Below, in pieces: positions 10,315 through 19,657 of a stretch of DNA of 64,000 nucleotides (positions are counted from its first letter, which is position 1; each line of letters begins with the position of its first letter). Under the pieces are notes generated by a model. The model ran no database searches. It saw only the letters and a list, made by a program, of their open reading frames with translations, and was not told the origin of the DNA. This stretch comes from Bacteroidetes bacterium CG2_30_33_31 (GTDB lineage Bacteria; Bacteroidota; Bacteroidia; Bacteroidales; UBA1556): contig MNXP01000049.1 in the NCBI GenBank assembly GCA_001872625.1, positions 100,142 to 164,141 on the forward strand. The letters are read 5' to 3'. The translations under genes were made by a program, and so were the position numbers.

Positions 10315-10728
10315 TTAATTACCATAATATTCTGCAATATTATTTTCAGTTTCATAAAGTTTAATCTTATATAATTTTCGTGTATCAGTGTTGATTTCTG
10401 GCTTCAATTCTTTCCAGAAGGCAACTATTAAGTTCTCGGATGTTGGATTAATACCTTTCAGAAATTCGACATCTACATTGAGATTACGATGGTCAACTTT
10501 GGATAAAATCTTATCGAAAATAATAGTTTTTAGTATTTTAGCATCAATAACATAACCAGAAATTTTATCAATTTCACCAGCCACGGTAATATATAAATCA
10601 TAATTATGACCATGATAATTTGGATAAGCACATTTATCAAATAATTTATTATTTTCTTCTTCAGAAATATTCAGATTCCATAATTTGTGAGCTGCACTAA
10701 AGCGCTCTCTTCTTGTTATATATAGCAT
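10315..10728 (-). CDS. 6-pyruvoyl-tetrahydropterin synthase (COG0720 family)
   Basis: 137-aa ORF. FSAAHKL, then CAYPNYHGHNY (C-x5-HGH spacing), then a TSENL acid/His region. Size and motifs are typical of PTPS/QueD enzymes. Confidence 0.8.
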   Translation of the reverse strand: MLYITRRERFSAAHKLWNLNISEEENNKLFDKCAYPNYHGHNYDLYITVAGEIDKISGYVIDAKILKTIIFDKILSKVDHRNLNVDVEFLKGINPTSENLIVAFWKELKPEINTDTRKLYKIKLYETENNIAEYYGN

Positions 10729-10730
10729 AT

Positions 10731-11321
10731 TTATATCTTATAATCGATTTTAAAATTGTGTATCAAATGAATGTTTAACCTATGAATAAATGTATCAATA
10801 TTTGGATTCTTCTTCACATCATGCAAACTAAAAGAAGGCATTTTTTCTAAACCAACAAACTTTTGAGCACTATGAAAATTTAGAAATATATCATCAACAG
10901 ATTTGTTTTCAAGAAGATATTGATTATGACTATTAAAAGCTTCACTTGGAGCGTTCCAAGTTGTAAGAAGCATATATTTTTTATTAAACAATAAACCGCC
11001 GCTTCCATATTTTCCTCCTGAAGACCTTCCATCATCTGTAAAAAGTTTTCCTTTTCCAGCGGAAAAAACTTTCTCTATGTAAGCTTTAAATCCTGATGGA
11101 ATTCCAAACCAAAACACTGGTGTAAAATACAAAATATAATCTGCCCATAGATATTTTTCAACCTCCTCTTTTACATCAAAACCGATTTCGATGCTTGTAA
11201 CAGAAGTTTCAAAATTGGCCATATTAAATATGTTAATAGCTTCGGCAACTAATGTATTATTTAGTTTTCCAGGGGAGCTTTCCCAATATTGATGTCCATT
11301 TATTAATAATATTTTATTCAT
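10731..11321 (-). CDS. mdaB: NADPH:quinone oxidoreductase MdaB (flavodoxin-like fold)
   Basis: 196-aa ORF that aligns end to end with E. coli MdaB as I recall it: ILLINGH...G.LN.TL, FLWAD, KKYI..VF..G.G.L..SDGR, KYGSGGL...KKYML..TWNAP.EAF. Confidence 0.8.
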   Translation of the reverse strand: MNKILLINGHQYWESSPGKLNNTLVAEAINIFNMANFETSVTSIEIGFDVKEEVEKYLWADYILYFTPVFWFGIPSGFKAYIEKVFSAGKGKLFTDDGRSSGGKYGSGGLLFNKKYMLLTTWNAPSEAFNSHNQYLLENKSVDDIFLNFHSAQKFVGLEKMPSFSLHDVKKNPNIDTFIHRLNIHLIHNFKIDYKI

Positions 11322-11327
11322 TTTTAA

Positions 11328-11882
11328 TTATATAATGCTTTTTCTTCCAGAATACCAAGCAAGCCAAATTCCAGTAATTCCCCAGCCAATAATAATGTCG
11401 AAAATTTCTCCTTTAAGAAAATGTGAAGGTGTATGCCACCAATTCCAGCTGGTCATAAGACTCATGAAAAATATTATTGAAGCTATCGACATTACTAAAA
11501 ACCAACGGGAAACAAATCTTAAATTTGTTTTTAAATTAAACAAAATTATTGAGGCCATCAACAATCCCATGAAATTAAAAATAAATCCGAGCGTCATTCC
11601 TACGGCCATATTATTAGTTAAAGATTTGTGGTAATTTATTATTGCAAAAGGCTTTCCCTCAGCATTTTTATTAAACTCTTCCATGGTCTCACCATTTTTT
11701 TGGGATGGAACATAATAAAAACCATCTTCACTTAAATTTTTATTCAAAGTATGAAGAATTGTATCTTGATTATTAGTGTATTTAACTGAATTGGAATGTG
11801 TTGGAAGCAAAGTCCATGATAAAGACTGGTAGGCAAAGAAGATAATGGAGGCTACAATTGCCGAAATAAATATTCTTTTCAT
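11328..11882 (-). CDS. Small integral membrane protein, function unknown (first gene of the hydroxylase operon)
   Basis: 184-aa ORF with an N-terminal TM/signal anchor and three further hydrophobic segments. A 6-nt gap separates it from mdaB. Confidence 0.5.
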   Translation of the reverse strand: MKRIFISAIVASIIFFAYQSLSWTLLPTHSNSVKYTNNQDTILHTLNKNLSEDGFYYVPSQKNGETMEEFNKNAEGKPFAIINYHKSLTNNMAVGMTLGFIFNFMGLLMASIILFNLKTNLRFVSRWFLVMSIASIIFFMSLMTSWNWWHTPSHFLKGEIFDIIIGWGITGIWLAWYSGRKSII

Positions 11883-11990
11883 AATGTCTAAATTAAATAG
11901 TTAATAAACTCCGTGTTTGATAGGGTAAATTTACAAAAAAAAATTAAACCGAAAATTATAATAATAAACAGTAAAATTTTATACATAAAA

Positions 11991-13646
11991 TCACGAATTG
12001 AGCATCTCTTTTGCTGTAAGCTCTGCTTTTATAGAATTTACGTTACCGCTTAACATAGTTGCAATAGCTGAGATTCTATCTTTTTCAGTTAGCTTTTTCA
12101 GACTTATTTTTGTGATATCGTTTTGGTCAGTTTTAATAACTTCATAATGTTCACTTGCCTTTGCAGCAATTTGAGGTAAATGACTAATAACTATCAATTG
12201 TGCATTTTCCGACAATTTTTGCATAAGATCGCCAACTTTAACAGCTGTTTGTCCAGAAATTCCAGTATCAATTTCATCAAAAATAATTGTTGGCATTTTT
12301 TTCTTTTCGCTTAAAAGCGATTTTATAGCCAACATTAACCTTGACATTTCGCCACCCGAAGCAACTTTATTAATTGTTTGTGGTTCAATGCCTTTATTTG
12401 CCGAAAAGAGAAATTCAATTTCATCAAAGCCATCTTCATTACCCTTCTCTTTTAATTTATGTGTGATAAAGAAATTTGCTGATGGCATTGAAAGGGTCGT
12501 CAATATATTTTTAATTTCTTTCTGAATAATAGGAATTATTTTCGTTCGTGATTTTGTTAATTCCTTGGAAATTAGATTATATTCAACAGAAATTATAGAC
12601 TTTTGATTTTTAAGTTTTTTAATCTCTTCTAAAATATAATCGTAAGATGCAATACAATTTTCAAAATTTTCTTTTATGACACATAATTCCTCTGCACTTA
12701 AAAGTTTATGTTTATTTAAAAGTTTATTTATCAAAGTTAGTCGCTCCTCAACTTCATTTAATCTCTCCTCGCTATATTCAATTTTATCAAATTCATTTTC
12801 TAATTCATCCGAAATATCTGATAAATTGTATGAAAATTCGTTCAATTTAGAATATATTTCTTGAGCTTTCTTATGATGATTACTTGCTGGTTTTAGCATT
12901 GATATGGATGAGTTAAGCATACTTATAATACCAAAATCATCTTTTGTAAGTGACTGAAATACTGTAAATAAAGAGTTTTTAATCTCTTCAGCATTTTCTA
13001 ATAACTCCAACTCTTCTTCGAGTAATTTATTCTCTCCTTTGGTATAATTAAGCTCATTTAACTCATTAAGTTGAAACTGAAAATAATCCTGCTCTGTTTG
13101 CAGTCTGGACAGCTGGTTTTCAAATTCAGAAATTTTCTTTTCCAAGGAAGTTAATTCCAAATATAAAAGTTTATATTTTTCGAGTATCGAATTATTTTCA
13201 GCAAACAAATCTAACAGCTGAAGTTTGAAATTTTTTTTAAACAATGATAAAGTTTGATGTTGTTCATTCACATCTACGATAAATTCCGAGAGGTTTTTTA
13301 AGTCAGCAGTGGAAATAGAACTATCATTGACAAAAGCTCTTGATCTGCCCGATGGAGATATTTCTCTTCTGAGGATAATTGGCAGTTCAAAATCAATATT
13401 TTTATCAATAAAAAATTGTTTAATAAACTCATTATCAGTGTTTACAAAAAGTTCAATAATGCTTGTGGAGTTTTCATTAATATTTTTAATAGAGCTATTT
13501 CGTTCACCGAAAGCGAGCATCATGGCGCCTAAAATCATTGATTTTCCTGCTCCAGTTTCACCAGTAATTACGTTGAAACCCTTAGATGGTTCCCATCGCA
13601 ATTCTTCAATAAGCGCATAATTCTTTATATAAAGAGCTTCAATCAT
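11991..13646 (-). CDS. recN: DNA repair protein RecN
   Basis: 551-aa ORF. N-terminal Walker A GETGAGKS, a long central coiled coil, the SGGEMSRLMLA signature and a C-terminal Walker B (IIFDEIDTGISG). Confidence 0.9.
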   Translation of the reverse strand: MIEALYIKNYALIEELRWEPSKGFNVITGETGAGKSMILGAMMLAFGERNSSIKNINENSTSIIELFVNTDNEFIKQFFIDKNIDFELPIILRREISPSGRSRAFVNDSSISTADLKNLSEFIVDVNEQHQTLSLFKKNFKLQLLDLFAENNSILEKYKLLYLELTSLEKKISEFENQLSRLQTEQDYFQFQLNELNELNYTKGENKLLEEELELLENAEEIKNSLFTVFQSLTKDDFGIISMLNSSISMLKPASNHHKKAQEIYSKLNEFSYNLSDISDELENEFDKIEYSEERLNEVEERLTLINKLLNKHKLLSAEELCVIKENFENCIASYDYILEEIKKLKNQKSIISVEYNLISKELTKSRTKIIPIIQKEIKNILTTLSMPSANFFITHKLKEKGNEDGFDEIEFLFSANKGIEPQTINKVASGGEMSRLMLAIKSLLSEKKKMPTIIFDEIDTGISGQTAVKVGDLMQKLSENAQLIVISHLPQIAAKASEHYEVIKTDQNDITKISLKKLTEKDRISAIATMLSGNVNSIKAELTAKEMLNS

Positions 13647-13653
13647 ATAATTG

Positions 13654-13661
13654 CAAAGTTA
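13654..13661 (-). promoter_or_regulatory. Candidate -7 box (TAACTTTG) upstream of recN
   Basis: Exact TAnnTTTG on the minus strand, but only 8 nt from the ATG. That would imply a near-leaderless mRNA, so this is weak. Confidence 0.2.
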
Positions 13662-13835
13662 TAAATTTACCTTTAGGCATTATGCTTGAAATAGAATTTA
13701 TTGCTAAATTATAGTTTCTGCTGAATTTTTTTAAAAAATATTTGTATTGATATAATTTCTTTCTGACAAATTGAATTTATCTTGATTCAATCGAATAACA
13801 ATGTTTAGAAACAAAAAAAATTGTTGTAATTAAAT

Positions 13836-16800
13836 TTAAATCCATTCAACCACGCATAAATCTTGGCGATGCGGCAAAACATTATTCCAAGGGAAAACTC
13901 TAAAAGAAAAATTGAAAACACCAGCTTTCGAAAGATTCACATTAGCAGAATATTTTGCAATATTACTTTCAAATGAATCAAGTTTAAGTGGTTGACTATT
14001 AATAATATTCACGATAGTATCTTCATCCTTATTAGCTTTAATAAATTCAACTTTTATGTCTTCAGGGTTAATATCAATAATTTTTAGCCATACTTTCACT
14101 TTAAAATTATCTCCAATTGAAATCGAATTTTTAGCCGAATCGGTATAGCTAATATTTACTACTTCCACACTTTTCCAAGCAGTTAAAATATGACTTTTCC
14201 AAGTATTAATTTCTTTAGCTAATTTGTAGTTCTCAGAATTAACTTTCAAACTTCTTTCAATCAATTTATTATAGTATAAATTTACGTAGTCGTCAACCAT
14301 TCTGTTCATTGTAAAATGAGGAGCAATTTCACGAAAATTTGCTTTGATAACATTTATCCAATCGTGAGGCAGGCCATCCTTATCTCGGTTATAAAACAAT
14401 ACACTTATCTCATTTTCAATAATTTGATAAATATTTGTGGCGTCGAGTTCATTTTGAAGATTTTCATTATCATAAGTTCTTTTTTCATCCAAAGCCCAAC
14501 CTGCACCTTGAACATAACCTTCAGCCCACCAACCATCAAGAACAGAGAGATTTAGCACTCCATTCATAGCAGCTTTTTCACCACTGGTACCAGAAGCTTC
14601 AAGAGGTCTTGTAGGGTTATTTAACCAAACATCAACGCCCTGAACAAGTTTTTTGGCTAACTCAATATCGTAATCAGCCACAAAAACAATTTTACCTTCA
14701 AATTGGGGCATTTTACTGATTTCAAGAATTCTCTTAATTAAATCCTGACCCGCTTTATCGGCAGGATGCGCCTTTCCAGCAAATATAAATTGTATTGGTC
14801 GCTTTTTAGAGCTTACTAATTTTTCGAGTTTTTCTAAATTTGAAAACAATAAAAGTGCTCTTTTATAAGTTGCAAATCGACGAGCAAATCCTATAGTTAA
14901 TACATTGCTATCTAATGAATTAATTATTCTAAACATGATATTTGGGTCTTCCATCCTCTCAGTCATTTGAGAATGTAATTTCGATTTAACTGTTGTAATC
15001 AGTTCCGCTCTCAATTGTTGACGAATTGTCCAAATTTCTTTATCTTCAATATTTTCAATCTGCTGCCATTGAACTAAATCATTTTGCTGATTATTGAAAT
15101 CTATTTTAATTTTATTGGCAAAAAGCTTCTGCCACTTCTTTGAAGTCCAAGTTGAAAAATGAACACCATTAGTTACATGAGCAATAAATAGCTCTTGAGG
15201 AAAATAACCTGGGTACATATTGGCAAACATTTCACGGCTAACTTCACCATGAATTTTACTTACACCGTTCATTTCTTGCGACATGTTGGCAGCTAAAACA
15301 CTCATAGAAAACTGCTCATTACTATCGTTAGCGTTTACTCTTCCAAGACCTATAAATTCCTCCCAGCTAATACTAAGTCGATCAGCATAATGAGGTAAAA
15401 ATCTTCTAATTACCGACTCTTCAAAACGGTCGTGACCAGCAGGGACAGGTGTATGCGTTGTAAAGAGCGATGACGCTCTCACAACTTCTTTTGCCTCTTG
15501 AAAAGTTAAACCTTCGTTATTAATTAAATTTCTTAATCGTTCAAAACTTGTCATGGCAGCATGGCCTTCATTTAAGTGAAATATCTGAGGCTTTTCACCT
15601 AAAGAATTTAAAACTCTTACTCCACCTAATCCAAGGAGAATTTCTTGTAGCAGCCTATTTTCATTTCCACCTCCATATAAATGATGTGTAATTGCTCTGT
15701 CAGAGGAGTTATTTTCTTCAATATCAGTATCTAACAAATACAGTTTGACCCTTCCAACATTCAGTCGCCAGACTTTAGCTTTGATAGTCCTTCCTGGCAC
15801 CTCAATTTCTATTTGCAGCCAGCGTCCATCTTCTTCAAAAACTGGCTCTACTGGCATATGTGTAAATTTTTGTGCTTTCGATTCAGCAATTTGATCTCCT
15901 AAAAGTGTAATCTTCTGACTAAAGTATCCATAACGATATAGTAATCCAACTGCCACTAAATTAACATTTTGATCACTAATTTCTTTTAGATAATCACCAG
16001 CCAAAATTCCTAAGCCACCAGAGAATATTTTTACGCTATCATGAATGCCATATTCCATGCTGAAATAGGCAATTCTACTGGTTTCTTTAGAAATTTCAAC
16101 TTCTAGATATTTTGTAAATTCAGCATAAACTTTATTTAAATTTTCAATAAATGACTCATTAAGTTCAAGAGCTTGTAGCTCAATATAATCCAATGATTCT
16201 AACAATATTATTGGGTTATTCTCAGCAATATTCCACTTTATTGGATCTATTGATTCAAATAAATCAACAGCCTTAAAATTCCATGACCACCAAAGATTTT
16301 TTGAGAGTTCAACTAATGGAACAAGTTTAGGTGGTATACGAGGAACTACAAAAGCTTTTTTCCAATTTGGAGTTGAAGTTTTAACAGCTTTAAAATGATT
16401 GCCATCCATTGGTATTAATGTTTGGCCTAAATTTTCTAATCTTTCTTCAAGCACTTTAATAGCAAGATTATAAGCATCAAAATATTTCTCGGCTAACTTT
16501 TCCCAGCTTGAAAGCTGTGAAAGCAAAAGTGCATCATCATTTATTTTGGTGTAATCATCGGACTTCAAATAAAAGTTGATAGCTTCAGCAACATTTTTTA
16601 CAGCATCATCATAGTTAAAATCATCGCGGAAAATATATTTCGCACCAATATTTCCTTTTTCCAAAAAATTGTGAATCCACTGGCCAAAACCAGCCAAAGA
16701 AGTAGTTATTGTTGGAACTCGAAGTGCAAGGCTTTCCATAGGAGTATAACCCCATGGTTCATAATAAGATGGAAATACGCTTAAATCAAATCCAGCTAAA

Positions 16801-18059
16801 AAATCATAATAATTCAAGTTAAACAAGCCATCACTTCCATTTAAATATATTGGAGCAAAAATTATCTTGATTTTTGAATTTTTTTCATTAGTAAATCCCT
16901 TAGATTTTAAAAAATTAATAATTAGATCATATTCTTCATGAAAAAGTCGGTGAGTAAGAAATCCTGCTGTGGTGTCTGAAAAATCGCCGTTCATTCTTTG
17001 GGCAACCAATGAATGGACTTCGGCGGAATTTGCTGGTACTGCAATTACTGCAACTAACTCTTTATCAGAGTGATTTTCATTTTTCAATTTGTTTAAAGCA
17101 TCAATAAAAATGTCAATTCCTTTATTTTTAAATTCATAGCGACCACTATTTAAAAGTAAAAAAGCATCATTATCTATTTCGTAGCCCAACACATTTTTGA
17201 CAGAAGAAATGATTTTTTTTCTCGATGATTCTTTAAGTTCAGAAAATTGGATATCGGATAAATTAGTGTTGATATTAAAGCCATTGGGAGTTACAATATT
17301 TGGTTTTTTCTTCAAGAAGTATTCACATTCTTTAGCTGTAATTGTGCTTACAGTGGTGAATGTATCAGCATTATTAGCAGCAGTTCTTTCCAAAGAATAG
17401 CGAGCCATAATATTATATTTACGTGCCTCTACAACTGGCTGAATATTAGCAAGATTTTCATAAATTGGAACATTATTGCCAGCTAAAGTGCGACCTAAAA
17501 TTGTAGCATGAGTAGTAAAAATGGTAGAAATAGCTGGTGAATTCATTTTCAAATAAAGCACTCCCGCACCAGCCATCCACTCATGAAAATGAGCAAGCAC
17601 TACATCTTGAGGCTTTAAATAATAATTGTAGAATGAATTAATTATTTCTCCTGCAGCATATCCAAACATGGCCGGTTCGATATAATCCCATTGACCAGAA
17701 AGAGAATCCAAAGAAAATTCATCCCAGAGTTTGGTAAAAATTTCGTCCTTTTTTGAATAAAGTGATGTGAAATCGATAAGCAAGACAATGGGGCTTGATT
17801 CAATATCCCATCTGCCAGCTCTGAAATGCACTTCATTTGGTTTTCTGCTTTGTCGCCATTTCTGAAACAATGAGGAATCCTCAATAAATGAAGTATCAAT
17901 TGATGAGCTATCTCTCACTAAATCTGGGCCAATAAGAATATAATTATCACTTAATTGTTTTTTAATTTCTACGACTTTGCTGGCGATAACAGTGTTTATG
18001 CCACCAACTTTATTGCATACTTCCCAGCTAACTTCAAATAATTTATTAATTTTATTCAT
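13836..18059 (-). CDS. Fusion protein: GT3 (eukaryote-type) glycogen synthase + GT35 alpha-glucan phosphorylase
   Basis: Uninterrupted 1407-aa ORF. The N-terminal ~560 aa carry FEVSWEVCNKVGGINTV (GT3 signature) and a C-terminal Rossmann half. From ~aa 560 come the DUF3417-type leader (LSKNLWWSWN), AYFSMEYG...SGGLGILAGDYLKE and the PLP-lysine motif EASGTSGEKAAMNG of glucan phosphorylases. Confidence 0.85.
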   Translation of the reverse strand: MNKINKLFEVSWEVCNKVGGINTVIASKVVEIKKQLSDNYILIGPDLVRDSSSIDTSFIEDSSLFQKWRQSRKPNEVHFRAGRWDIESSPIVLLIDFTSLYSKKDEIFTKLWDEFSLDSLSGQWDYIEPAMFGYAAGEIINSFYNYYLKPQDVVLAHFHEWMAGAGVLYLKMNSPAISTIFTTHATILGRTLAGNNVPIYENLANIQPVVEARKYNIMARYSLERTAANNADTFTTVSTITAKECEYFLKKKPNIVTPNGFNINTNLSDIQFSELKESSRKKIISSVKNVLGYEIDNDAFLLLNSGRYEFKNKGIDIFIDALNKLKNENHSDKELVAVIAVPANSAEVHSLVAQRMNGDFSDTTAGFLTHRLFHEEYDLIINFLKSKGFTNEKNSKIKIIFAPIYLNGSDGLFNLNYYDFLAGFDLSVFPSYYEPWGYTPMESLALRVPTITTSLAGFGQWIHNFLEKGNIGAKYIFRDDFNYDDAVKNVAEAINFYLKSDDYTKINDDALLLSQLSSWEKLAEKYFDAYNLAIKVLEERLENLGQTLIPMDGNHFKAVKTSTPNWKKAFVVPRIPPKLVPLVELSKNLWWSWNFKAVDLFESIDPIKWNIAENNPIILLESLDYIELQALELNESFIENLNKVYAEFTKYLEVEISKETSRIAYFSMEYGIHDSVKIFSGGLGILAGDYLKEISDQNVNLVAVGLLYRYGYFSQKITLLGDQIAESKAQKFTHMPVEPVFEEDGRWLQIEIEVPGRTIKAKVWRLNVGRVKLYLLDTDIEENNSSDRAITHHLYGGGNENRLLQEILLGLGGVRVLNSLGEKPQIFHLNEGHAAMTSFERLRNLINNEGLTFQEAKEVVRASSLFTTHTPVPAGHDRFEESVIRRFLPHYADRLSISWEEFIGLGRVNANDSNEQFSMSVLAANMSQEMNGVSKIHGEVSREMFANMYPGYFPQELFIAHVTNGVHFSTWTSKKWQKLFANKIKIDFNNQQNDLVQWQQIENIEDKEIWTIRQQLRAELITTVKSKLHSQMTERMEDPNIMFRIINSLDSNVLTIGFARRFATYKRALLLFSNLEKLEKLVSSKKRPIQFIFAGKAHPADKAGQDLIKRILEISKMPQFEGKIVFVADYDIELAKKLVQGVDVWLNNPTRPLEASGTSGEKAAMNGVLNLSVLDGWWAEGYVQGAGWALDEKRTYDNENLQNELDATNIYQIIENEISVLFYNRDKDGLPHDWINVIKANFREIAPHFTMNRMVDDYVNLYYNKLIERSLKVNSENYKLAKEINTWKSHILTAWKSVEVVNISYTDSAKNSISIGDNFKVKVWLKIIDINPEDIKVEFIKANKDEDTIVNIINSQPLKLDSFESNIAKYSANVNLSKAGVFNFSFRVFPWNNVLPHRQDLCVVEWI

Positions 18060-18069
18060 AATATTGTAT

Positions 18070-18077
18070 CAAAAATA
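18070..18077 (-). promoter_or_regulatory. Candidate -7 box (TATTTTTG) upstream of the synthase-phosphorylase gene
   Basis: Exact TAnnTTTG on the minus strand, 11 nt upstream of the ATG at 18059. It sits inside a 9-bp direct repeat pair. Confidence 0.25.
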
Positions 18078-18156
18078 TTGTAATTTTTGCTAAATTTAAT
18101 ACATAATAGTATTATTAATTAATGAGTTATAAATATTTACTCAATAAATTTCTTAA

Positions 18157-19647
18157 CTAAATATTTTTAAGAATCTTTCTTTGAGCTTCAGTAATTTGTT
18201 TTGTGGTAAATTTATTCTTAGCTAAAATTGATTCCACTTCTTTTATAGATTTCTTACTGATATTTATGAAAAATTTATTTCTTAAATCGTCATTTGCTTT
18301 AGCCACTGCTTGGCTAATGGTTTTTGAATCGATTTTTTTTAAAGCTGACTTAATTTTAGTATCAGAGATATTTAGTATATCTGAAATAGTATTATCTTTT
18401 GGAATATCAGCAATATAGATATCACTATCTAAATTATTTATTTCTGATTTATTTATGTTTTGAAAAGCTTCATTTACCCTAATTTCAAAATCAGAAAATA
18501 CATTCATATAGTTTATAAAAGCTTCATAAGGAGTTCCGTAAGGATTAAAATATTTATGTACATCACCATCGGAAAACCATTTGGTACACATATAATAGAA
18601 ATGGTCGGAAGTTTGCAAATATTCCCAATCTATGGTTAGATTGTAGTCGTTAACTGCTTTCACTTTTTCTTCCATTTGATATAACTTATTATAGGCCTCA
18701 TCTTGCAATTCATTGCCAAGCCAAGCTGTCAAATCGCGTTCCTCATCAGCCCAACTTATTGGATGTTGCACATGTATTGGCGCTATCACTTGTAACTTAT
18801 CTGATAATTCTGATGGAGTGTTGAAGGTAAAATTTGACATTCCTAAAACTTTTCCAGGCAAAGCTTTCATAAATTCAAATATTCCAGTGCTCTCCCATTG
18901 ATGTTCGCCAAAAGTTTCATAATCCATAAAAAGGTTTACCACTTCTTCATTTTGATCTATTTCATTTAGCCAGCCAACAAATTTTTCGGTAGTGAGAGGC
19001 CATGCTGGCCATGAATTTTGAGAGAATCTAAAAGCAATATCATCGCTAAGTTGAAAATTTTTCAGAAGCAATTTCAAGCGTGGATTAATGGCATTGCAGT
19101 ACATATAATTAGGTGATTTCCAGCCCATAATATGTTTGGCGCCTTCTGTAAGCATAGTTTTAAATCCCATGTCATCCACCATTGAACCAATTTCATCGGA
19201 GTAGATAAGTTCGGTATTTCTAAAGGTCTGAGGTTCAATATTAAAAAGTTCTTTTATTTTATTCTGGTGTTTTTTTACTTGAGTAGTAAATTCAGTTTTG
19301 CTTTTTAAGGCTGAGAGAGAATGAGTATAAGTTTCGGAAAGAAACTCTACTGAACCAGTAGCAGCAAGTTTTTTAAAACTTTCTATCACGTCGGGAGCAT
19401 ACCTTTCAAACTGATCAATGGCAGTTCCTGAGATAGAAAAAGCAATTTTGAAATTACTGCCATATTCGTTTATCAAGTCCAAAAGAACCTGATTCATAGG
19501 TAAATAACATTTATCCGAAACGCGCCTTATAATATAAGAATTTTGATAATCATCATAATAATGGTGGTCTTTTCCAATATCGAAAAAGCGATATTTTTTA
19601 AGTCTAAAAGGTTGATGAACCTGAAAATAAAAGCATATTGATCTCAT
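18157..19647 (-). CDS. Glycoside hydrolase family 57 enzyme with a C-terminal FliG_C-like helical module
   Basis: The track ORF (550 aa) over-extends into the upstream gene. I start at MRSICFYFQVHQPFRLKKY (ATG 19647-19645), the canonical GH57 N-terminus containing the HQP motif. Also present: FMDYETFGEHQW. The last ~75 aa resemble FliG C-terminal domain. Confidence 0.8.
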   Translation of the reverse strand: MRSICFYFQVHQPFRLKKYRFFDIGKDHHYYDDYQNSYIIRRVSDKCYLPMNQVLLDLINEYGSNFKIAFSISGTAIDQFERYAPDVIESFKKLAATGSVEFLSETYTHSLSALKSKTEFTTQVKKHQNKIKELFNIEPQTFRNTELIYSDEIGSMVDDMGFKTMLTEGAKHIMGWKSPNYMYCNAINPRLKLLLKNFQLSDDIAFRFSQNSWPAWPLTTEKFVGWLNEIDQNEEVVNLFMDYETFGEHQWESTGIFEFMKALPGKVLGMSNFTFNTPSELSDKLQVIAPIHVQHPISWADEERDLTAWLGNELQDEAYNKLYQMEEKVKAVNDYNLTIDWEYLQTSDHFYYMCTKWFSDGDVHKYFNPYGTPYEAFINYMNVFSDFEIRVNEAFQNINKSEINNLDSDIYIADIPKDNTISDILNISDTKIKSALKKIDSKTISQAVAKANDDLRNKFFINISKKSIKEVESILAKNKFTTKQITEAQRKILKNI

Positions 19648-19657
19648 ATCTTTTCGA

